A stretch of DNA of 61,472 bases, filler included, from Choristocarpus tenellus KU-1152 (taxonomy: Eukaryota > Protista > Phaeophyceae), in the NCBI GenBank assembly GCA_964200185.2. It is 13 parts of 13 records of this genome, joined end to end, with 100 filler letters (N's around TTAATTAATTAA, not from the genome) between each part and the next. Parts side by side here need not be neighbours in the genome. Positions count along the whole stretch, not along the records: positions 1 to 2,988 come from CAXNAD020023114.1; positions 3,089 to 5,838 come from CAXNAD020025059.1; positions 5,939 to 9,279 come from CAXNAD020020695.1; positions 9,380 to 13,091 come from CAXNAD020018363.1; 9 more parts are not named here. The stretch is one strand, 5' to 3'. Each line of letters begins with the position of its first letter. The first letter of the stretch is position 1. The notes beneath the pieces are model-generated. The model did no database searches. It was given only the letters and a program-made list of their open reading frames with translations, and was not told the DNA's origin. A program made the translations under genes and the position numbers. Positions 1 to 12,212 of the stretch are shown in pieces.

Positions 1-338
1 CTGTGGTCAAGAAAATGTGATGTTGGCCTGGTCTGGGGGTGGATAAATGGGGGGGCATTGGAGTTGCACGAGGAGGGGGGATGTTGGCGACTTGAAACCA
101 GATGATAGCTTTATATGGTGACCAATCAGTTGTTGGTGCTCTGTTGTTGGCATGAATAGTATTTATTCACTGTGTATTGCAGCCGTGACCTGCGAGTTGT
201 GAGATGGGCAAGAATTTTCAGTAGTAGTTGAGTAATGAGGATATACTTGGGAATAAATCACTCTCCTGTACAATTATTTCCCCCTTCCCCTGCTACCCCT
301 ATGTCTTCTGCTCCCTTCCTTGCACCTTGGGAAACCAG

Positions 339-519
339 TGGGTTGGCAGCAGGCATGGCCATTGGTATTGTGGGTGACGCAGGGGTTCGGGCGATAGGAC
401 AACAGGAGAAACTCTTTGTGGGCATGATCCTCATCCTCATCTTCGCCGAGGCATTGGGCCTGTATGGACTCATTGTGGCATTGATCCTCTCTCAGTCGGG
501 CTATGAGTGCGAGGCATAA
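339..519 (+). CDS. ATP6V0C: V-type H+-ATPase 16 kDa proteolipid subunit c, terminal exon (5' exons outside window)
   Basis: [50 protein letters not shown], including the proton-binding Glu; polypyrimidine tract and CAG acceptor ending 338; TAA at 517-519. Confidence 0.95.
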
Positions 520-2921
520 AACTCATTTAACACGTTCGTGTGTGTGTGTTTTGGGGGATATGATTGGTGCAACTCCTTGTGTTTGATTGATCCCATTGGT
601 TAGAGAGCATCTCTGGCGGAGGTTGGCGGTGGACGGTCAATGGTGGGTGTTTGTGATGGTGACGATGTGCCTGTGGTTGAAGTTCAAGTTGAGCAGCATA
701 TTTTTTTTCCTTCTTTGCCTATGGTTGTTTTGTTCTGTCCCCCCTGTGATACCCCCCTCATCTCTTTGAACCATGCTGGTCATGAGAATATTAAGAGTGG
801 GGTTTGGTGGGGTGGGGATGGTGGACTTGAAAAGGTCTATGGAGGAAGGAGTGTGTTGATATTGATGAGAGCTCGTTTGGGGGAGAGCAGAAGGTAAGGA
901 CAAATCAAGGGCGGGCGAGAGAGGGGTTGGAGGACTCCTTGGAGTCCTTCGGTTACATACAAGAATAGTATCCTCTCTTGAAAGGGATAGATGTGCAAGA
1001 AAATTGTGCTAGTATTGTCTAGTTTGTCTGTACCAATCTGTCGTCCAGCCCAAGGCCAGTTGGTTCTCAATGTGTTGAGAAAGATTGTTGAAAATGTGGA
1101 GAGATGGGAAGCCCAGGGACCTTGGAGCTTCCAAGTGTGATAGTCCTTTTCTAGGTATCATTTTTGCTAGAGGGAAGGGGAGGTGTTGTGCTGGACGTTT
1201 GTAGTTTTTGGTATGAGAGGTATGCTATGCAGTTGTGTGATTGATGGAGCTGTTAACCTCCTGGTGTCCTTTTCAATAGCTGTGTTACGTTGTCCCATTG
1301 TTCTAACCCCTCCATTCTGCCTCGCTGGGTGTTTATTTTCTAGGACTTGGGGTAATTGGTGGACACCACTTTATGGTCATGATGTTGTTTAGGCCTCCTG
1401 ACTCTCTTCTTGTTGCTGGTTTCTTGCGTGACTATAGCGGATGAGTTTTTTCTTTAATATATGAACGTATTCAAGAATATGAAGGAGGTGGATGGGAGAG
1501 AGGATTGGGGGGGGGGAAGTCCCACCTCTTATTTGCCAAGGTTAAGAGACACAAGAGGTGCCACATTTGAGACTTTGGACCCTTCTTGTTACCTCCTGCA
1601 TGCAAGCTGCGAGCTTGTTTATGGATGAAGAGTTATGCGGAATTTTCTGGATCGTGTATTTTCTCCCAGAAGAATACTACCATGAGGTTTTGGTTTGCCG
1701 TGTTCGTTCTTCCTCATCCATGCATACAGTGCATGAGAAACCTCTCCAAGTAGTTCATTTCGTGTGTCAGCCACATGTGAACCAACCTGGTGCTGTTGCT
1801 CATTTCACCCTCCCTCTTTTGTGTAAAACCATGGGGAGAGTTGTAAGCTGAGTGAGTCTCTTCGTTGAAGGTAGGAAGGGGGCAAGCATTCACATTGAAG
1901 TATCAGGATTTACTCACCTGCATTCCTACGAACCCATCACAGAAGTGCAATTGATGTGTACATCCATCCTCAGATGGTGCGTACTCTTCTGACTCTACTT
2001 TTGTTCTTATCGGGCGGGTTCATTTAGGGTTCACTACACGTTTGGGAGAAGTGCCAATGCTAATTGATACTAATGCTTGTAGCAATAGCAATGACGTAAG
2101 GGAAGAGGAAGCTATGAGTCGATCGTCCTTTTGGCGACCCAATTCAATACATAGACTTTTGGCAAAAAAAATACTTGTTCCTGGTTTGGTACCATGGTGC
2201 TACTTCACGATTCTGACGTCATTATAACTCCAAATACGTGTTGTACGAAAATGCGACAATTGAATAGTATCTTCTTTGGGCGTATATTTTTGGAGTGAGC
2301 CCACAGTTAGCTAGGTACTCCTGCTACTATAATGATTTGGTGCTGATCTGGGTTTGTCATCAGTTGTCCTCTACTGTTTAACAAGTGCTCCCCTGCCACC
2401 CTCTCTTGATGTCATCCATCTCGTGGTATCACTCGGATTACTCACAACAAGAAGCATACATATATGGAGTATCAATAGAAATGCAAGAATTAGTTGATGG
2501 ATCGTGTTGAAGTATTCCACACTGGACGTGCGGTTAAGATGATTAATAATGGAACGTTGGTGTACATATTATATTTAGTATTACAAGAGTCTTGTGGTCT
2601 CAATTCCGTTGACTTAACTCACGGGGTTTCAGGGCACTCAATACTATTGTGATAGTGTGGGGTTTGGAATCGTCCACACCAAGTATGAATCACCTGTCTT
2701 CAGTATGGCAAGCGTATCTAGAACACTATAACTGGACATAGACTAGTCGATATATGTGGTACATGAGGTTACACATCAAGCACACAAACAGAATGTTCTG
2801 AGTACATAATAACAACACACTGGTACATCCATTTCCATAATCTGCTTCACCAGTGGTACCAATATGTATCAGCACCGCCATCCAGGAACATCGTTCATGC
2901 CCAGGACAACGTACCACTCAA

Positions 2922-2988
2922 GAGTGAAAGTATCTTAGAGGGTACGAGTTTTGCCCTGTTTGTCCATTTGGGGCTTGGCTTTCCTCGG
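2922..2988 (+). mobile_element. MITE subfamily A, left end (cut by contig end)
   Basis: GAGTGAAAGTATCTTAGAGGGTACGAGTTTTGCCCTGTTTGTCCATTTGGGGCTTGGC is nearly identical to the ends of the copies at 7471, 32634 and 53455. Confidence 0.85.
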
Positions 2989-3088
2989 NNNNNNNNNNNN
3001 NNNNNNNNNNNNNNNNNNNNNNNNNNNNNNNNTTAATTAATTAANNNNNNNNNNNNNNNNNNNNNNNNNNNNNNNNNNNNNNNNNNNN
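2989..3088. other. Artificial contig linker (N44-TTAATTAATTAA-N44). Same linker at 5839-5938, 9280-9379, 13092-13191, 16343-16442, 26652-26751, 33864-33963, 46373-46472, 49600-49699, 52339-52438, 55446-55545, 58436-58535
   Basis: Identical 100-nt spacer with a six-frame stop cassette, repeated 12 times. Confidence 0.98.
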
Positions 3089-3212
3089 GCGAAGGTGAGC
3101 GAGTGCTACGACAAATATTTGTGCGTGTTTTCGCAGATGGGGGACTGGCACTATAAACTCTTGTACGTCTTTCGCAGAGGTCGTACGAACTGAAAAGTAT
3201 TTGTAGATGTTT

Positions 3213-3313
3213 GACACAAAGTATCTGGGAGGGGGGGGAGGGGTCTACACCAGGGTGTCCATTTGGGGCATAACCAGGAAATAATGTGCACTTACATTAT
3301 CAATCAGACGTAT
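3213..3313 (+). mobile_element. MITE subfamily B, left portion (truncated)
   Basis: GACACAAAGTATCTGGG...CTACACCAGGGTGTCCATTTGGGGCATAACCAGGAAA matches the left half of the copy at 33964-34140. Confidence 0.8.
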
Positions 3314-3659
3314 ATTCCTACTTACGTGTTGTTTAGAGATGTTGTCATTGATGGAAAAGAAGCAAAACTGTGAATTATAGAGATCGAGTGACTATGATTC
3401 ACACAAAGCTTTACCCTCAACACCTCAAAATTCTCACTCTGTAGGATTTTGAGTAAAAACATTTAAGGTAGGACCGTGTCCGTTCGGGATTATAAATCCA
3501 ATGTTGCGATTTCGATTAATTTTGACTGTCTTGTTTGTTAGCAAGTGTTAATATCCTTGCTCTGGACACACACCTTTCATAGTCCTGTACAGTTTAGGAG
3601 ACTGTGTTCACACAGAAAACCGAAAAAGAGCATAAAAACCCGTGGGAATCCAAGCCCGG

Positions 3660-4070
3660 AAAGGACAAACAGGGGAAAACAAAACTCTTCCTCTCTTAAA
3701 TGCTTTCGGTCTTTGCAAGGAGGAACAAACTGATAACACACTGCCCTGCAAAGATGCGCAAGTGAGGACTGGTTGTGAAAATATAGAGGTGACAATGTGA
3801 AAACGGAGGCTCCTATTTGTAGGATTAGTAACGAGGAAGAGGACAAGCATCTCTCGAAGGTATTAGTGTTCAGAGAACTTGTAGGTAGAGGAAGCAAGAC
3901 GAACAGAAGAACTGGTGTGCGCATATGTCGACCTTGAGAGGGTTTGGGGTCACGACTGAGGGTGCAAAGACAACAAACCAATACAGACTGTGTGCTAGAG
4001 AGCGCAAAAACTTAATGGAAGATTGGCGATGCAAGGCAACCATGATAGCTGGGTACACCATGCTGAAATA
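3660..4070 (+). mobile_element. Degenerate RTE-like LINE, 3' end of ORF2
   Basis: Frameshifted translation DAQVRTGCENIEVTM*KRRLLFVGLVTR resembles the TGCESIETTVRKRRLLFAGFVAR region at the C-terminus of RTE-type LINEs. Confidence 0.5.
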
Positions 4071-5945
4071 GCAGGCTAAGGCAGCCCAACCAATGACGGC
4101 ACATTTACAATCACCATTATTTGCTGAACCCTGCTTTTCTTATGATCTCTTCCCTTTTCAGTTGTATTTCCTATGTGATGAGTGATACTTGGATTGGATG
4201 GACCTAGTGTGGCACTGAACTTAATACTACTCCAGAGAACATAGTACTGTATACACATACATATCACCCTTATTCCTGTAGGGTCTGATGATGTGTGGCG
4301 ACATAGGCGACATTGTTTCATTGTATAAACACTACTTATTTTTCTACCGTATTTTGTATTTTCTCATGCACTGGTTTATGCTCTCACCTACCTTGTGACC
4401 ATGGATTTGAAACCGTCGAGACTACTACAAAATCAAATATAATATACAAAGCAGTTAATCAAACCGAAAGTAAAGGGATGCTATTTGTTGTTGTTCTGCT
4501 TCGTCCGCCTTGCTCCGTGTGTTATGCGAATATTTCGATTCTAATCAAGTTCAAGGAATTTATTTGACCGATTTCCAAAATTCTACTCACCAAAGAGATT
4601 TGTAAAAGTAATAGATGGCAAGTGTGTACGTACTCTGCAGTACTTGAAGATAATAAAAAGTACTTTAGAGTATGTTTTTCCTAAATTGTTGCTATTGACA
4701 CATTTTGTGCACGTATTCTGTGGTGGAGAGAAGTAATATGTACATGCCGTATGACAGAAACCTAATGCTCCAGGGTCTCTAGACTCTGTAACTTCATTGC
4801 TACCATACAAAATACTACTACCTGTGAATAACAAAATTTACCCTGACTATTGTTTGCTACCATAGGGGTAGGTGCATTTTTGGGGGCAAAACTGCACAGA
4901 CAAAAAGTGTCGTATCAAATATGATCGTGCTTAGTTCTCACATTATTGAGCGTTATGTTTTTCGTGTGACTCCGACTTCATTACCATGCCCTGGTTGGTT
5001 GGGCTAGGGACAATTTGATTCGGCTGATTTTGCCAATACGTTTTAGCTTTCTTGCTGGTAAAATATGCATACATTGTAACCTATGCTCCCAAGTATTTTT
5101 ATATACTACGAGGAGAGAAAATCTTTTAGCTGCAATACATAATATCATACTGACTGACAGAAACATACCCTGACTATCCAACGACGATTTTTGATGCTCT
5201 CTAAAAAATCGTCTCATTCACTCTCACCTACTGACTTTGTTACCGCAACACCCACAGACATCACAACACGTTTCAAATATCCACCACCTGAAACTCTACA
5301 AACAACGGACTAATTATGTTACTGCCTTTTCCTTATCAGGAGTTTAAAAAAAGTTATTTTAGTGATTGAGGTTCATTATTTGAAGACCAGCTATTTTCAC
5401 ATGCACAGTGATAAAACCTTGGTGTGCTTGTAGGGATAAGACTATCAGCACTACTAAAAAATAGTCGATGTGTGTCCATCAAGTGTTGGGCAAGCTTACC
5501 TCCGGAAATGTATGTGATAGAAGCTCTAGATCGACACTCCTGCCCTAGTATACAGGTTTGAAGCAATGCTCAAACCACCGAGGTATATGCACCTATCATG
5601 AAACAACACCGCAGAAGAGGTTCACCTCTACCTACCTTTCACCTCTAGATGGAAAAAGACACTTGCCACGCTGCTTTATGCTTCAAACTCCTCTTATTTA
5701 GCCCAAACCCACCAAGCAAGAATTCGATACTTCTCTCACCTGTTGAAAGAAAAGAATGCTGTTGGGTGTGTTGCAATGGCAATGGTCGCTCCTTCCATAA
5801 AGTGACGTACACTCTCCACTGTCAAGATTATTTCAGCANNNNNNNNNNNNNNNNNNNNNNNNNNNNNNNNNNNNNNNNNNNNTTAATTAATTAANNNNNN
5901 NNNNNNNNNNNNNNNNNNNNNNNNNNNNNNNNNNNNNNGATGCAC

Positions 5946-7470
5946 CTACACCGGCAGACGCCCCCCTCCCCTCCCCTGTACTGAGGTCCCCCTTCTCTTC
6001 ATCATCCTCGTCGTCCTCGTCCTCCTTCTGCTGCTCCTCGTCCTCCTCCTCTTCTTCATCTTCCTCCTCGTCCTCCTCCTTGTCGTCGTCGGTGTTGTAC
6101 TCCTCTTCGTCCCCATTCTCCCCCCCCTCTCCTCTCCTCGTCCCTTGAATTTTCTCTTCCGTCCTTCTCCATCAAAACCCCCCCTTTCCCTCACCTCGAT
6201 AGCAGACCGTAGAACAGTCAACACCTTAGTAGGAACCATTTTGCCGTTCCCAACAAGTTTGTCGCACGTCGAAACAATATCCGCCACAGATTCCCAGCTT
6301 ACGTCTTTAACCCGCTTCAGTTTCCCAGTTCGCCCGGATCTATCACCAGCGTGTAAGTAGCCTTTGACAAATGTACTTTCCCATACTTTTCAAGGGTCAG
6401 AAATGCGGCGTTGTCACATGTGTGGTCACTGGTCGGCCGAAGCCAGTGAAGATCCATCCCACGCTCCCCGTCGTTGCCAATGCGCTCCGCTAGGATCTTG
6501 CCGACCAAGAGTAGAGCCTCCGTTGCCACAAAAAGGCAAACCTGCCTTCCTGCACGGTGATGAGGTTTCCATCGTTCGCCGATCTCAAGGTAGCACGAGG
6601 CCAACCCCGTCGACGGAAGCCAGCTTCTTCCGTGTCACTGTCTGACGAGGCAGAGTCTGTTTCCTCGAGCCCGCCGAGATCATTGTCGCCGCTGACGAGA
6701 TTACCTCCTCCACCCAAACGTTCGCCCTCGTCGGTGTCTTCGACGTCACTGGTACCAGTTCCAGCACCATCGTCATCGGTGGGAAGCCAATGGACTGGGA
6801 GGTCGAACTCTCGTTCCCCTGTCTTTTTGAGAAGCCGCACAGACTCGCTTTGCTCATGTTTCGCTCTCTGAACGGCTTCATCATCTGCGAAGGTGGATGG
6901 TATGAGCACGAGAACATCAACGGTATGGAAACATGAATGTGACTTTGTAACCAGCCGTAAGGTTGCATGAAGGCGCTCGGAGAGCATGTAGTGAGAGGGA
7001 GGGTATGGATTTCGTCGGATTCGTCGCTGTTGAGTGCAAGACCGGTACCCTCAAAACAAATATCGCCGGTAATCTATAGTACTTGTGTATCGTGACACGC
7101 GACGATCACTACGCATGAGAATGGAATATTTTTCTAGGTTGCTTTTGTAAGGGCTGTAAAGGCTGCCTCGTACAGAAGTTGCACCAGATCTTTTTAGCTG
7201 CCACCGAATACAAAGATTGACCATCAACTCCCCTCGCGAAATGTTCGACTTACCCAGTGGGTACGCAGCAGCAAGGCACTCATGCGACGCCTGGTACCGC
7301 TGCTCCGCCGTCAGAATGACATCTTTGGGCACGCTCTTGAGCTGGTAGGGGGGTGCATCTTGGAGACGAGGCGGGTGGTCGATTAAGAGGTCGTGCGGAG
7401 GGGCGTTGGGGTCGATAGAAACGTTGGCGCCTATCCCATTCCATGTGGTGCTATGCATGTATTTCTTTAC
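5946..7470 (-). pseudogene. Spliced, frameshifted ORF of unknown identity, probably TE-derived (segments 7470-7254 and 6884-~6150)
   Basis: Phase-compatible GT/AG junction (AAAYPL/DDEAVQRAKHEQ); GC-rich coding-like sequence continues across three frames (LLLVGKILAERIGNDGERGMDLHWLRP; VADIVSTCDKLVGNGKMVP); truncated at the MITE at 7471. Confidence 0.4.
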
Positions 7471-7727
7471 GAGTGAAAGTATCTTAGAGGGTACGAGTTT
7501 TGCCATGTTTGTCCATTTGGGGCTTGGCTTCCCATGGGGTTTTTTATTACATTTTTCTACTCCAAAATGTTTCAAAATAGGTAAAATGTGTACCTTATGA
7601 AAAGGTGTGTTCGGAACAAGAATATTGACACTTCCTAACAAACACAATAGCAAAAGCTAATCAAAACGCAACATTGGGTTGTGACCCCAAAATGGACGCG
7701 ACTCTACCCTCTAAGATACATTGACTC
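7471..7727 (+). mobile_element. MITE subfamily A, full length (257 bp), flanks do not form a TSD
   Basis: TIRs GAGTGAAAGTATCTTAGAGGGTA / TACCCTCTAAGATACATTGACTC; inverted subterminal GTCCATTT motifs; flanks TAC / AAG. Confidence 0.9.
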
Positions 7728-9279
7728 AAGTGCAGTTGCAGCCACACCATCTACCCCTGAAGAACTGAAACAGACTAGGGAAGAATTGAAGTTGGTTTTT
7801 TCTAAGAAGGCTTTTACAAATACTCAACTGACACTGTCTGAACAAGATGAATTACTAGATATAGTGGCTAAATTCAGATCAGTCTTTTCATTGTCCGAAA
7901 AAGAATTAGGTTGCTGTACCACTACATCTGTTAATTTTCCACTACAACCAGACATTAAACCGGTTAGTAGACCACCGTATCGCGCGGCATCAAAAACACG
8001 CGACACTATTCGACAATGCGTGACTGATATGGAGAATCAGGGTATTATAAAACCCTCATCTAGCCCATGGGCATCCCCTGTTATCATTGTTGCCAAACCA
8101 GATGGATCACCTCGATTCTGTGTGGATTTTAGAGGAACCATAAATAAACATCTGATCGTAATTCAGGCCATTGTCATTGATGGATGAGTGCTTATCCACG
8201 TTGGGGGGTTCAAAATATTTATCTTGTTTAGATATTCAATCAGCCTACTGGGAACTACCAATCACTGATGAATGTGACCGACAAAAAGCTGCCTTCATCA
8301 CGCCGGATGGGAAGTATGAGTTTCAGAGGTTACCATTTGGAGTACAAAATGCACCGTGGATCTTCCAACGCTTTTATCTGAAACCTTTTCCAGTATCGGT
8401 CCTAGCTCAGGGTTGTTGATATATTTAGACGATATTGTTTTAGCCTCTCCATCATGGACACACCATAAACAGTTGATCACTACAGTTTTGTCACTGTTAC
8501 ATGATGTAGGGGTTACGTTAAAGCCGTCCAAGGCTCAATTTGGCTCAAAACAAATCCATTATTTGGGTCATGATTTTAGCCGACAAGAAATTGCTGTATC
8601 CCAAGCTCTTATTCAAGCTATATTAGAGATGCACCCTCCTCAAACTGTGAAAGGCTTGCAATCGTTTTTAGGTTCAATGAACTCTGTTAGGAAATACATT
8701 CCCCAGCTAGCAACAGCAATAGAACCGTTGGTTGAATTGATTCGCCATACACAAAAAGTAAAGTCACACGAAGAGTCCACCTCAGTAAAACGAGCAAAGA
8801 AAGATCACAATGATATATCATCTAGATGGAATCGACCACAACAGACTGCTTTTAACGAATGCAAACGACTGTTATCAACGGCTCCAGTGGTACACTTTCC
8901 TGACCTTTCTAAGGATTTTTTTATTCTTGTAGATGCCAGTAATGTTGGGACAGGGGCGTTTTTAACACATAAAATGAAGACCGTTTTGATATAATTGCAT
9001 ACCACAGTGCCTTACTTTCCCCCTCCCAACATAAATATTCAGCCACACAAAAAGAGTGCCTTGCTGTTATTCTGGTAATCCAACATTGGAGACCATATAT
9101 TTGGGGTAAACATTTCACAGTAATCACTGATCATTCAGCCTTACGGTGGCTGATACGATGCAAGATACGTCCAATCTGTTAACTCGATGGGCCTTAGCTT
9201 TGCAAAGTTTTGATTTTACCGTCCTTCATAAGCCTGGCAGATTACATTACATCCCAGATATGTTGTCACGTCCTCAACT
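7728..9279 (+). mobile_element. Ty3/Gypsy LTR retrotransposon pol (RT + RNase H), frameshifted
   Basis: PVSRPPYR, SSSPWASPVIIVAKPDGSPRFCVDFR, LDIQSAYW, RLPFGVQNAP, YLDD, VDASNVGTGAFL, YSATQKECLAV, TDHSAL, RWALALQSFDFTVLHKPG; several frameshifts. Confidence 0.95.
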
Positions 9280-9947
9280 NNNNNNNNNNNNNNNNNNNNN
9301 NNNNNNNNNNNNNNNNNNNNNNNTTAATTAATTAANNNNNNNNNNNNNNNNNNNNNNNNNNNNNNNNNNNNNNNNNNNNCAATCTACAGGCCTATAGGTG
9401 ATACTGATGCGCGTATAGGGCTCCTGAGGCACAAGTCGTCAAGTATGCTGGATCTCTCACTTGGATTATCATCAATATCATCGTATAAAAAAGGAACTGG
9501 TCAACGATGTCTTATCTCAATTGGGGACCATAATGATCAAATAGTAAATAAATAGTCAAGAAGTACAAATATATAAAATCTAGGACTTGAAGGTCATAAT
9601 GGTGTTTATGAAACCGCCGTCAAGACATTTCGCCTGTAATATGCCCCCCTAGCATGAAGTATAACTGCTTCAAAGCAATAAACAGGCGATTGGACAAGGA
9701 AATATAATATCACTCCTCATCCTATCATGAACGCAGTAGAAATGAAGTGAATGTCACTTTCAGGTCCTAACATATCAGTAGGCAGCGTTGGGGATCCAGC
9801 GGAGGAGGAAACCTGGAGGAAAAGCTGCTGAGCAAGAACCATGATATATCGATTTAGTGTCCATCATGCCATGTATAATGCTGGTGGTAATGCCGCTTGA
9901 AATTTGCAACTAATCAAACCCAAGGTCCCTTCCCTCCACTTGCTTAC

Positions 9948-12212
9948 CTTGATGGTGCCAACAATTCCTGACCTGCTGACATCAATTATTGTTGCATTTG
10001 CTTCATCTTGGCTAGAGTTTACGGCAAGGTTTGCAACAGCCTCTTCGCCTGGGTCAGAACTTGTTTGCACCTGTCTCCGAACCTGACAACACCACATAGA
10101 AAAGAAGAGCAGATACGATGACTGTCACCATGTTTAACAGAAACACCAAACGGGTAGATCATTCTTTGCTGGAAGCTATGGCATGACAGCACTGAATTTG
10201 GGGCAATTTGACAATTCCTTCACTAAGTCATTGAGAAGAAGCAAACGGAATCTACCGCAGAAGGGGGAGAGCACTAGTTGTCTCTAGCAGTCACTTGGGG
10301 TCTCACATAGCCTCCCTCTCTACATGCCTCAACAATCAATATTCCTATTCACCAATGCTGGGTCGGGTAAATGATCTTTTACTCCTCCCCTTCAACAGGA
10401 AGAGTGTGGTTGGGTAAGGGCAACTGCATCCAGAAATGTCCTCCTTGTCGTTGGATCAGATCTCAATCAGATTTTGACATATCTGTCTTAGGTATGCTCA
10501 GGTGTGCATTCGAAGGAACAAGTAAGGACCTTCAGCTAACCTCCTCAACGAACTCTTGTTCTCTCCCACGCATCATGAATTGTTCCATTGTAGTAACCAC
10601 GGTGTCAAACACGCTGACCTCACAGCTCAATACTGCACCCAACAATGGCGTCAGGAGGGCGTTACCCTCAATGCGATCTTGATTCGTGCACGGTAGCAGG
10701 TCTTCTCTGATATTCGCGCCTCCCTCAGAGCACTGTGTACGATTGGAAAGAGGAATATTGTTTATATAAATCTGGGCATTCTCTTTCTCTCACAACAAAC
10801 AATCCACACGACATACCACATGGTGCGGTATTGCGGAAGGTGATAAACAGGTGACATATATATATATATACGTACGTATCTGACATCACACGAAATAAAT
10901 ATCACATCAATACTTGAAAATAAGCTTCTCAAGTCGGAAACAGGCATCCCCAGCTCACCTCCAAGATCTCGTCTTTGATCCTAGTGAACATACTGGCCGT
11001 TCCCGTACAAACTACTGCGGCGATGGCCAAAGGGGTGGCATCCCAATGCTTGTCGGCCGTCTTGAACGTCGTCCTTTGCTGTAGTAATATCAAACGCTGG
11101 GTCCTATCCAATTGTATGCTCTTTGTATCCTGCAAACATCCAAACCATTAATAGTTACTCCTCTTACCATGTAAGTTACGATTGTATTTCCTCGCGAATC
11201 AAGACCACTGATCACTACTCAATTTTTCCTCTTTTATAGCATATACTCTGGTATGAAGCAAGGATTGTGGGGTTGCATTCACAAAAAAAGAACACTGCAC
11301 CCACTCCTTGCTGTCAGGGTTTGTCGTCATTTCACTCCTTCAAAGTAAAGGTTTTAACCTCTCCTTTCCCTATACATCACCACAATCTCACAGTATTCAC
11401 CCTAACGTTTTTCATTTGGTACTGGACTGGAAACGACGTGCAAAGGGTCTACAATAGGAAGATATAGTGCAATGCCATCTCCATAGTAGCATGATCAGAA
11501 GGATAGCATATTAGTAGAATCGTTCACCTTTAGATCTTGGAGGGCGTACACCAACTTCTCCTCAGCGTATTCTCCCGCCTGGACAAGAGACGGCACGAGA
11601 GCTTCGCAACGTTCGATTTGCTTCTCTAGATAGTTTTCTTCTGTCAATAGGACCCACACAGTCTTGAAAACCTCCAGGGATTTCCCGTTGATGGCGTGCG
11701 CAAGAAGGTTCATACCATTCACGTCGACATAACGCAATTGCTCATCCAGGCCGTTGAGTTTGTTCTCAATGATTTCTCTGATACAATCGAACACTTGAAC
11801 ACTCTGGCCGGCCGCAGCGTGAAAGAGCAAAGTCCCGCGATCATCTGCCTCCCTCAGTGCCAAGGCCAATTGCCGATGTCTCCCCTTTTACAGATGCATA
11901 TTTGTTGATTGAGCATTTAAACAGGAGGCAAGGGGATATGTGAGGCGACTATAGAGGTTTAGGGAGTACAACTTGACTCTCAAAAAATATATATACCCCA
12001 ATAAATACAGTACAGTCACATATGAGTGTTAAATAGTACAGAAATCTACCACTGTACTGTAGTGTGTGGCTGTACAAACCCTTTAGAGTTGACCTCACAT
12101 TCAGAGCGTAGAGATCGACTTTGAGTTTATCAACGTTGGCCTCTTCCACGTCCTTCAAAAGTTCACAAAATTCTGGATGGCGTCCAGCTCCCGCCAACAT
12201 AACGATTACTGA
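9948..12212 (-). CDS. Ankyrin-like repeat protein, partial; exons 12212-12099, 11884-11528, 11129-10959, 10732-10541, 10082-9948
   Basis: Five open exons with GT/AG borders, all phase 0; ankyrin-like motifs GTLLFHAAAGQSVQVFDCI, GMNLLAHAINGKSLEVFKTV, ATPLAIAAV, LTPLLGAVLSCEVSVFDTV. Confidence 0.6.

Noticed and set aside
600-1850. Possible decayed LINE on the minus strand (similar weak signals near 25200-25700 and 54100-54250)
   Set aside because: Only isolated short motif resemblances; cannot be supported without a search.
3033-3044. Recurring TTAATTAATTAA motif between N runs
   Set aside because: Artificial six-frame stop linker joining contigs; not biological.
6364-6645. Plus-strand Cys/His ORF as Gypsy gag zinc knuckle
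   Set aside because: Spacing is not CX2CX4HX4C, and the coding signal and splice sites are on the minus strand.
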